DNA of 47,795 bases, taken from Candidatus Micrarchaeota archaeon (GTDB lineage Archaea; Micrarchaeota; Micrarchaeia; Anstonellales; Bilamarchaeaceae). Shown piece after piece: positions 18,737 to 26,410 of the stretch. Made by a program: the position numbers and the translations under genes. The DNA lies in the NCBI GenBank assembly GCA_018304385.1, contig JAGVWJ010000009.1:1-47795 (forward strand), written 5' to 3'. Under the pieces are notes generated by a model. That model did no database searches. It worked only from the letters and a program-made list of their open reading frames with translations, and was not told where the DNA came from. Each line of letters starts with the position of its first letter. Position 1 is the first letter of the stretch.

Positions 18737-21700
18737 ATGGCTGGACCTGTTCAAAAACAACCTGAAGAATCGCTTGTAGGAGAGCTAACAAAAGCAATTA
18801 CTGAAAAGAATACTGCTAATATACATGCTCTAGTAGATAAGTATGGGTTGGACAAAATATTGGAATTATACAAATCAGACAAAACATTCAGAGATACAGT
18901 TAATAAGGAAAAGGAATTAGACATCAGCCTAGCTTTAAATTTTATAGCGGCCTTAGAAAGGAGGGACCAAAGTGCAAAAAACTTGGTTGATGAGCATGGA
19001 TTGGAGAAACTCAAGAAGCTAGCTAGTTTTAAAAATTGGAACTCATGCGTAGATGCCATTGTAAAAGGTTTAATGGAAGAGTATGAAAAAACTGAAGATG
19101 ATAAAAAAGGAAATAAACTTGATAAATTAAGAGAAGTGTACGGGCTTGAGATACTGGATTATTTTACCACTATTAACAGCCCCTTTAAGGCAATATGGGA
19201 AACATATAAACAAGCTAAAATAAAGGAGTTGATAAGCGCACTTGCACCTGAAAAAAAAGATGATAAATGGGTATATATTAAATCACCAAAAAGGGTTGCT
19301 GAAATAATAGTAAAAGAAATTGGATTAGACCACGCACTCGAATTATATTTTAACTATGAAAATGTTAGAGAAGCATGGGATAAATATTACAATATACCAC
19401 GTGGAGAACGAGAAGAAACATGGGAATGGGGTAAGAGAGCACTTACATGGGTAGGTATTGATACAAAAGCAGAAGATCGTGTTGATGAACTAATAGCTGC
19501 GGTTAAAGATTACTATAAAGGTACATGGTACAATCCTCTTCCATCTGGCATTATTTCAACCTCTGCTGAAGATGTACGCAATCTTCAAATATTAAAAGTT
19601 TATCTAGTTTGTGGCTGGGATCCAGAAAGAACAGCAGAATGGATTGCTGATAAAGTGACAATAGCTGATATTAATAGAATCAGCAAAAACTGGTCCAAAA
19701 CAGTTATCCAATCAGAACTAGAGGGTGGCACTGTTTATTATTATCAAAAGGATGAAATATTTAAAAGATGTTGGGAGGCGTATTACAGGGGAACTAAACA
19801 AGAGAGAGAGGGGAACCCTGATCTTTTTGAAGAGAGATTCGAACAACTTTGGTCAGAAGGCGGCGAATGGTTTAGTTATCCAAAGGTAATTGGTGATGCA
19901 TTATTGCAATTAGGTAACGTGGAGATGTATCCAGCACTTTGGGCACATATGAAGGAATGGTGGAAAGAAGGCGGCGACTGGGAAAAAATAGGATTCTGGG
20001 CTAAAACAGGCGATGTTCTTGGAAAAATAGGTGATGTGCTTCATATTATCGTTCCGGTTGGATCTATAGCACATTCCTTCTCGCCATGGAATACTGAATC
20101 GCATAATGCGGCAATAACAAATCCAACACCCCAGAATATGCTAATTGCAATAAAGGAAGAACAAGCAAATATGATTGATGCTGTTGCAACAATAGTTATT
20201 GTTTTAAAAATCGCTAAGGCTGTTAAGGCAGCAGGAAAAGCAGGCGATGAGGCAGTAAAGGAAGCGCTCAAACAAAGCGCAGAACAAGCGCGCAGAGATG
20301 CTAAAGATGAATTGTCTAAAACGCTAAGCGGTGATGATCTAGCTAGGGCAGAGCAAATAGTAGATAATGCAGTTGACAAACTTGCAAAAGGAATAGAAAC
20401 AGGAAGACCAGTTCCAAGAATGGCACAACCGATACCACGTCTTCTGCGGATGAGGGTAAATTTTAGGCAGCTCCTAAAATCTGTAAAAGGTTTTGATAAA
20501 CTACCTGAAGAAGTTCAAGATATGCTAACAGATCAATATAGAAGCATCGCAACTAGGTTAGCTGAAGCCAAAAACGCTGCTGCATTGACTGCTGCTAGAG
20601 AAAGTGTGAAAAAAGGCATAGAACAAAAAGGTGAAAAAACTAAACAACAATTAGCTAAAACGCTAAGCGGTGATGATCTAACTAGGGCGGAAAAAACAGT
20701 AGATGATGTCGTAGGTTTATTGAAACAACGCGTGGATAGTGAAGCATTTTCATGGCTTCGAAAACTAGGAGGTTATCCTGATCGATTTAAGCGTAGCATT
20801 TTAGGTTTAAAAGGATCTCCTAGAGGATTCACGAGGTTAATGGAAGGCATGGCAGATGACTTTGATAGCCTGCCACCACAAGTTCAGGATATGCTAATTG
20901 ACGGATATATAGAAGTAGAACGCTCATTAGCGCAAAGCGTCACCCAGGCTGCTAAAGCTGCGGAAGAAGCCACTGTACAGGCTGCTAAAGAAGCTCCAAA
21001 ACCAAAAGGACTGGAAAAAGCAACTAAGGATTTGGAGGATCTTTCTAAAAAAATAGAAGAGTTTCAAAAAGAAATAGTCCAACTAGAAGAAGCAAGAAAG
21101 GCTGCACCTGTAGAGGGACTTACTGCAGATATAGAAAGAAAAGCTGCCCAACTAAAGAATATGCGAGAAGCGCTTGCAGAGCTGGATAAGAAAGTAAAGA
21201 TATTAAAAGACATGGAAAGTGTTGCTGGTGTACGATTACTTCGGCATCCATTTGTGCTAACTAAAAGAGTAATTGATGAGTTTGTAGAGCTGGCAAAAAA
21301 AGCTGCTGAAAATGCAAAAGGCACAACGAAACTCAGAGGAAAACTTGAGGCTAAGGTTAAAAGAATCGATGAACTTAGAACACGCGAAGCTACACTGAGA
21401 AGAGAGATTAGCGAGCTTGATGAGATACAAAGAAAGAAAGGATTGACAAAGGCACAACAAGAACGAAGGACAGCGAAGACCAAGGAAATTCGAGAACTTA
21501 GAGAAAAAAGAGAGGCTGGTGCTAAAGAAGTAGCAACTATTAAAAAAGAAATTGAAGCAGGCTTCAATGTAGAAGTGGAGACAAGATTTTTTAGACAAAA
21601 ACTTGGAGAGCTTCATGCTTTAAGAGAGCGGGAATTGGCATTATTAGATGAAATCGAAAGAATGGGAGAACCATTGACAGATACTGCAAGGGTTGAGCGA

Positions 21701-22516
21701 AGGGCTAAAATGAGTGAGCTGTTGAAAACCCGTACAGAAAAATTTAAACGTACTATAGAGGTTTTAAGGAGAATAGGAATTCCAGATGAAACAGCTGGCG
21801 CAGTAAGAGACGCAGCAATCAGCGCTGAGAAGGCTTTACTAAAGACAGGAATTAGTCTGTCTGTCCCAATAGACATGGCGGCTACTGCAGTTTATATGAT
21901 TCCTGGTGCGTATGAACTCTTAAAGAACTTTTTCACTAGCCACCCGATTATTCTTGATATTGTAAAAAATATACAATATTACGAAGTACGCGCGGCAGCA
22001 TGGGCTGCGAGCGGTTTGGTTGAAAAAAATGTACCAGTACCTACAAGCGCTCTTGAAGAAAGAAGAAAAGCAGTGAAAGCAGGAGAACCAATGCCACCAG
22101 GTACATCTGGCGCGGGCGGAACATTCCTAAAGGCAGGAGAGCTTAAAACACAAGTACCAACACCAGTTGCTAAATTAAACACTGAGCAGGAACAATGGCT
22201 TCAAAATAATGCATGGAGCGTGGATGAATTAAAAAAGCAGATTCCGGCCAATAAATTATTTGAAACTGTTGAGGGGATAATGAAAGGTAATGTTCCAGAT
22301 AATCTAAAACAATTCTTTGACTGGAAACAGCATCCTCTTGTTGCTAATTGCAAGGATACTGAAGCATACACCAAAGATGCAGTAATGGGTTTTCTAACAA
22401 GGAGATACAACAATGTTATGGCTCTTCTAAATGAAATGCAAAAAAATAAAGATGACTTAAGTAAATTTATGGAAGATGATGTGACAAGAAAAAAATATGA
22501 TGGATTTTTGAAATAA
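18737..22516 (+). CDS. 1259 aa hypothetical giant protein: N-terminal helical repeats, Trp-rich/hydrophobic pre-toxin-like segment, 113 aa duplication, long coiled coil
   Basis: GGTG SD; repeats like LVDKYGLDKILELY (x4); DVLHIIVPVGSIAH and DAVATIVIVLKIAKAVKAAGKAG; coiled coil ~aa 740-1010. Confidence 0.8.
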   Translation: MAGPVQKQPEESLVGELTKAITEKNTANIHALVDKYGLDKILELYKSDKTFRDTVNKEKELDISLALNFIAALERRDQSAKNLVDEHGLEKLKKLASFKNWNSCVDAIVKGLMEEYEKTEDDKKGNKLDKLREVYGLEILDYFTTINSPFKAIWETYKQAKIKELISALAPEKKDDKWVYIKSPKRVAEIIVKEIGLDHALELYFNYENVREAWDKYYNIPRGEREETWEWGKRALTWVGIDTKAEDRVDELIAAVKDYYKGTWYNPLPSGIISTSAEDVRNLQILKVYLVCGWDPERTAEWIADKVTIADINRISKNWSKTVIQSELEGGTVYYYQKDEIFKRCWEAYYRGTKQEREGNPDLFEERFEQLWSEGGEWFSYPKVIGDALLQLGNVEMYPALWAHMKEWWKEGGDWEKIGFWAKTGDVLGKIGDVLHIIVPVGSIAHSFSPWNTESHNAAITNPTPQNMLIAIKEEQANMIDAVATIVIVLKIAKAVKAAGKAGDEAVKEALKQSAEQARRDAKDELSKTLSGDDLARAEQIVDNAVDKLAKGIETGRPVPRMAQPIPRLLRMRVNFRQLLKSVKGFDKLPEEVQDMLTDQYRSIATRLAEAKNAAALTAARESVKKGIEQKGEKTKQQLAKTLSGDDLTRAEKTVDDVVGLLKQRVDSEAFSWLRKLGGYPDRFKRSILGLKGSPRGFTRLMEGMADDFDSLPPQVQDMLIDGYIEVERSLAQSVTQAAKAAEEATVQAAKEAPKPKGLEKATKDLEDLSKKIEEFQKEIVQLEEARKAAPVEGLTADIERKAAQLKNMREALAELDKKVKILKDMESVAGVRLLRHPFVLTKRVIDEFVELAKKAAENAKGTTKLRGKLEAKVKRIDELRTREATLRREISELDEIQRKKGLTKAQQERRTAKTKEIRELREKREAGAKEVATIKKEIEAGFNVEVETRFFRQKLGELHALRERELALLDEIERMGEPLTDTARVERRAKMSELLKTRTEKFKRTIEVLRRIGIPDETAGAVRDAAISAEKALLKTGISLSVPIDMAATAVYMIPGAYELLKNFFTSHPIILDIVKNIQYYEVRAAAWAASGLVEKNVPVPTSALEERRKAVKAGEPMPPGTSGAGGTFLKAGELKTQVPTPVAKLNTEQEQWLQNNAWSVDELKKQIPANKLFETVEGIMKGNVPDNLKQFFDWKQHPLVANCKDTEAYTKDAVMGFLTRRYNNVMALLNEMQKNKDDLSKFMEDDVTRKKYDGFLK
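20316..20680 (+). repeat. Intragenic duplication, period 339 nt (113 aa)
   Basis: 26 nt exact match ctaaaacgctaagcggtgatgatcta at 20316 and 20655 (KTLSGDDL); also FDKLPEEVQDML vs FDSLPPQVQDML further along. Confidence 0.9.
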
Positions 22517-22566
22517 TGTTCATTCTACTGAACATAAATGCCATTATTTGTTCGTTTAAGTGAACA
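22516..22566. promoter_or_regulatory. Two tandem operator-like palindromes TGTTCA-N6-TGAACA
   Basis: ATGTTCA-ttctac-TGAACAT (22516-22535, perfect) and TGTTCg-tttaag-TGAACA (22549-22566, one mismatch), 32 nt apart. Confidence 0.5.
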
Positions 22567-22782
22567 TTTATATTTTCGCGAAATTTGGTGCCAAAGTAGT
22601 CGCAAAAAGTGCTAAATATGCTTAATTTTGGACGAAAATGCGACTATTTTTGTGTTAGATTTGAAAAAATACACAGCTTAAAGAATTTTTAACAGCATAA
22701 TTATATTATGAGGCTAGCGCGTGCATTAGTTATTTCTTTATCTTTCTATACTGCGTCTACGCTGCATTTGGAATTAACTAAA

Positions 22783-22790
22783 TTTAAAAA
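22783..22790 (+). promoter_or_regulatory. TATA box TTTAAAAA, 22 nt upstream of ATG 22813
   Basis: Read directly; same motif and spacing as 25505-25512. Confidence 0.55.
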
Positions 22791-22812
22791 TACCTTCTCA
22801 TATAACCTAGCT

Positions 22813-23775
22813 ATGGCAAACGGAGTAACAAAACAGATAAGTGTGCAGGATGCAGTAGACAAATTCTCTAAAAATAAACTTTGGGAAACATATGCAACAT
22901 CACAAGGAGGGGAAAAACTTGATTATACTTGGTCTGCTGTTGAAGAAGCAACATCCAAAGCACTAAGCGCACTCCATGATAATCCAAGGGTAAATAAAGG
23001 CGATCCTTTTTATGATCTTTTGCGCGGGCTTTTTTTAGAACAGCAAAAATCACCAGGAAAAAAACCAGAACCACCAAGAGAAAGCAGAGGAGAAAAGAAA
23101 GCCCCACCTGCAGAAGTACCTACAAGGGCCATTATAGAAGCAGACAAACTAACCATGCCGTTTAACGAAGGCAATCTTCCAAAACTATTAGATGATTCGA
23201 AAATTAGAGAAAACCCAATTGGCGGGGATTATACGCGAAAAAACGCTGCTATTGAAGCTGGAAGAATTAATGCAGTACAAATAATGATTAATGACTTTAT
23301 TGATCACCATAGAAAAAATAAAGATTCGAACTTTTTTTCATTTTTATATGTACAAATGGACAAAAAAGAAACTAGATTACTTAAAGATATAACAGAGAAA
23401 GATATAAAAGATGGAAAGATACTAAAACAAACTGATAAATATGAAAATGAAACAAGAGAGTTAGTTACACTCATACAAAGATATCTAAACTTCTACCAAA
23501 ATGAAACGTTTGGCGAAAGTGACATACCAGGCAGCAAATTTAAGGAAGCAATGGATAAATTTAACGCATATTTGAAAGCTGGGCCAAAGATTAAAGAAAC
23601 TGGAATAGTTGATGAGCAGACATTAGGTGCAATTGCGATTTATTATGGATTGGCTAGAGGAAAGGAAATAGCAATACCGACAAGTAGGGGTAAACCGGTT
23701 GTTGTTGAACCAGCTGTATCGCCAGCAGCGAAACAAGAAGAGAGATGGATTGGACCTGATTTTCGGATACGTTAG
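22813..23775 (+). CDS. Hypothetical protein with Pro/Lys linker and peptidoglycan-binding-like motif
   Basis: Likely start MANG at 22813 (track 22708). INAVQIMIN...QTDKYENETRELVTLIQRYLN...IKETGIVDEQTLGAI. Confidence 0.7.
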   Translation: MANGVTKQISVQDAVDKFSKNKLWETYATSQGGEKLDYTWSAVEEATSKALSALHDNPRVNKGDPFYDLLRGLFLEQQKSPGKKPEPPRESRGEKKAPPAEVPTRAIIEADKLTMPFNEGNLPKLLDDSKIRENPIGGDYTRKNAAIEAGRINAVQIMINDFIDHHRKNKDSNFFSFLYVQMDKKETRLLKDITEKDIKDGKILKQTDKYENETRELVTLIQRYLNFYQNETFGESDIPGSKFKEAMDKFNAYLKAGPKIKETGIVDEQTLGAIAIYYGLARGKEIAIPTSRGKPVVVEPAVSPAAKQEERWIGPDFRIR

Positions 23776-23791
23776 AAAAAACGAAACATTT

Positions 23792-23814
23792 ATAATAAAC
23801 AAATTGTTTATTAT
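23792..23814. promoter_or_regulatory. Perfect 23 bp inverted repeat, putative AbiEi operator
   Basis: ATAATAAACAA-A-TTGTTTATTAT, overlapping the TATA-like TTTATAA and ending 3 nt before ATG 23818. Confidence 0.75.
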
Positions 23815-23817
23815 GTT

Positions 23818-24423
23818 ATGTTAGATTCTACTACCTCGAAGATATACGATGCGATTAAAGGATCGCCTTGGGGGATCGCAACATTAGACGTATTAACAAG
23901 CTTACGTTTATGCGATGATTTCACATTAAAAACTATTTTAAGCAGGCTAAATAAGGCAAAAAAAATCATCAGGTTAAAGCGCGGGGTTTATTCAACATAC
24001 CCACTAATGGATGGATTTGCAGCCGCGCAGGCTAGTTTTAACGGTTATCTTGGTTTTTCTACTGCACTTTATTTGCACAAACTTACTACAGAATTCCCAT
24101 TTACTGTTTTTGTGGTGACAGTAAATACATCAAAATTAAAAAAAATCGGCCAGATTGAATTCAAGGCTGTTGCGCTTAAAGAAAAGGCAATAGGTTTAGA
24201 ATACCAAGGTAATTACGTTGTTTCCACTCGCGCAAAGACCCTGTTTGACTGTATTTATATTCCAGATTACGGAGTAGAAAAGGAAAAACTAATAAATGTG
24301 TTTCAAGAAGCGCAATTAACTAACAAAGAATGGAAAGAATTTGAGTATTATGTTAAAAAATTTGTAAGAGAAAAAAATAGAAGACGGTTTGAAGAAATAA
24401 AAAGGAGAATTAGAAAAGGCTGA
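23818..24423 (+). CDS. abiEi: Type IV TA antitoxin, AbiEi-like (wHTH + AbiEi C-terminal domain)
   Basis: RLKRGVY, YLGFSTALYLHKL, FTVFVVT, VSTRAKTLFDC; directly upstream of an AbiEii gene. Confidence 0.8.
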   Translation: MLDSTTSKIYDAIKGSPWGIATLDVLTSLRLCDDFTLKTILSRLNKAKKIIRLKRGVYSTYPLMDGFAAAQASFNGYLGFSTALYLHKLTTEFPFTVFVVTVNTSKLKKIGQIEFKAVALKEKAIGLEYQGNYVVSTRAKTLFDCIYIPDYGVEKEKLINVFQEAQLTNKEWKEFEYYVKKFVREKNRRRFEEIKRRIRKG

Positions 24424-24427
24424 AAAT

Positions 24428-25213
24428 ATGGAAGTAAATTTAGAGATATGCAAGGCTATTGCTATTACGGTTGGCTTACCACTTAAGTTTGTGATAAAGG
24501 AGTTTCATATCTTTAATGTTCTTTGGCAGGTAACGGATTTTGCAGCTAAGCACAACAAAAAACTAATCTTTAAAGGCGGAACAGCATTAAGCAAGGCGTA
24601 TCTGGGAAAAGCGCAGCGTTTCTCTGAAGATATTGACTTTGATCTAGATGAGAATCCAGATGCAGTAATGCAATTCTCAAAACAACTCGCACAAAGTATT
24701 AAAGAATATGTTATTACAGATTTTAGAAAGGTCTACAAAACTATCCAGTTCTATTGTAAGTATGATAGCTCATTAATAGGTGAAAGGGACCATGTAAGGG
24801 TAGATATTGCAAGTAAAAAAATAATAACATCACAACCACCTATTACAAAATATGCGAATTCTGAATTCACAAATGGTGGTGTAAGTGTTTATGTATATAG
24901 CGTCGAAGATTTATTAGCGCGAAAGATGAACGCCCTTTGTGATAGAACTGAGGGAAAGGATGTTTACGATGTATATATGGGACTTCCACTCTGCAGTAGC
25001 ATGGATAAAGCAATTGTTCAAATGCTAAAATCTGAGGATAAAAAGGAAACAGCAAAAGAGTTTCTTCAAAAAACCATTGAACATGTAAAAAAGGCTGATT
25101 ATAAAAAACTTAGAAACCTGACAAATCCATTTATACCAGTTGCATATCGTCCGAAGGACTGGTTAGAGGTTAAGGATGACTTAGTAATGAAGCTAGAAAA
25201 TCTTAATGTGTAA
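24428..25213 (+). CDS. abiEii: Type IV TA toxin, AbiEii nucleotidyltransferase (DUF1814)
   Basis: LIFKGGTAL, RFSEDIDF, LARKMNAL, KDVYDV. Confidence 0.9.
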   Translation: MEVNLEICKAIAITVGLPLKFVIKEFHIFNVLWQVTDFAAKHNKKLIFKGGTALSKAYLGKAQRFSEDIDFDLDENPDAVMQFSKQLAQSIKEYVITDFRKVYKTIQFYCKYDSSLIGERDHVRVDIASKKIITSQPPITKYANSEFTNGGVSVYVYSVEDLLARKMNALCDRTEGKDVYDVYMGLPLCSSMDKAIVQMLKSEDKKETAKEFLQKTIEHVKKADYKKLRNLTNPFIPVAYRPKDWLEVKDDLVMKLENLNV

Positions 25214-25453
25214 TAATTATATTTCTTAGTTGCATTTAACCCTAAAAACTTAATGTTTTGTTAAGTTTCTAATGAAAAACTCAACCAACAATAACACATC
25301 TGATCATTGCTCATGGTCGATGGCTCAAGGCTGTTACATTATTTTAATAGTTTTTGTGTCTGAATATTATAATATATGAGCACCTATTTTAGAAAAATTA
25401 TCGCATTAGTGCTAGCTGGACACTTTACATTTGCACCTGCCAAAGGCATTGCA

Positions 25454-25490
25454 CAAGTGCTAGGGGGCGGGCCCCCTAGCGCAACCCCCA
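25454..25490 (-). repeat. GC-rich hairpin element, copy 1 (REP/RPE-like), intergenic
   Basis: Reverse complement TGGGGGTTGCGCTAGGGGG-CCCG-CCCCCTAGCACTTG; 9 bp perfect stem; first 18 nt identical to 43963-43980. Confidence 0.8.
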
Positions 25491-25504
25491 ATGAATTTAA
25501 TAGA

Positions 25505-25512
25505 TTTAAAAA
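25505..25512 (+). promoter_or_regulatory. TATA box TTTAAAAA, 22 nt upstream of ATG 25535
   Basis: Read directly; supports 25535 rather than 25376 as the start. Confidence 0.55.
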
Positions 25513-25534
25513 CTCTTCAGGACAAGATAGTAAT

Positions 25535-26410
25535 ATGGCGAATGGTACGGCAGTCAAAGAGAGGCGTTTTGACTTAGCAGAGTTAGAAGGTACATACACT
25601 AGAATAATGGCAGCGAGCAAACCAGACATTCCTTCAAATTTATCTTTATACCAACAAGGCCAGCTTCTAACATATTGTTTCTTCCAGTTCTATAAACTAC
25701 CACCAAATGAAAGACAAAATAGTGAAGATGGAAAAAAGTTATATGCTATAATTACAAAACTTTATGAAAATAGTAATCAAACACAATTTAAAAAAGGGCT
25801 TTGGGACGTAGAACTTCAAAAAGAAATATTTAGTAGGGATCCCTCATTCGCTAGTTATAAGGACTCAATGGATAAATACGGAGAATACATAGAGAAATGG
25901 GAAAAGGAAGGAAGAATGCCTTTGCCTCTTCTTACTTATTTGCTTGAAGGGCATGATATAACAGAACCTACATTAAAACCAATTCCAGTTAGAGTAGAAA
26001 ACCCAACACTAGTAGATGATGCAACATTAGAGGATTTTAGCAATCGTATAGGGGCAGGTACCTCATTTGTAAAATCAAGAGATGAAAAACTAAAAAAGTT
26101 AAACAAAAAATTTAGAGAATTATTTGAGGTAAATGAAGAAATAGCATCAGATATTCTAAAGGCAGTGCTAACTGCATACTGGTTATCAACTAGGCAGGAT
26201 CACGCATTATTTATAGATTGGTTTAATCAAGCAGATAAGAAAGTGTTAGCAACGCAGGTAACTACGCTTACGCGTGCAAAAACACCATTCACACCTCATA
26301 AACCAGTTCAAAGAATGTTTGATGACTGGAAAAAGAAATATGAGGCAGCAGAAGCTGAAAAAAGCGAAGAACAACGGGCAATGGAAGTTATATGGCAAAA
26401 AAGTTACTGA
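25535..26410 (+). CDS. 291 aa helical hypothetical protein, possibly the N-terminal part of a frameshifted ~1604 aa protein
   Basis: MANG start after TATA; overlaps the next ORF, which lacks a well-placed ATG. Confidence 0.7.
   Translation: MANGTAVKERRFDLAELEGTYTRIMAASKPDIPSNLSLYQQGQLLTYCFFQFYKLPPNERQNSEDGKKLYAIITKLYENSNQTQFKKGLWDVELQKEIFSRDPSFASYKDSMDKYGEYIEKWEKEGRMPLPLLTYLLEGHDITEPTLKPIPVRVENPTLVDDATLEDFSNRIGAGTSFVKSRDEKLKKLNKKFRELFEVNEEIASDILKAVLTAYWLSTRQDHALFIDWFNQADKKVLATQVTTLTRAKTPFTPHKPVQRMFDDWKKKYEAAEAEKSEEQRAMEVIWQKSY

Noticed and set aside
25376-25534. N-terminal signal-like extension of the 25376 ORF (likewise 22708-22812 and 32141-32293)
   Set aside because: These extensions run through TATA boxes, the hairpin element or a divergent gene; downstream ATGs fit better.
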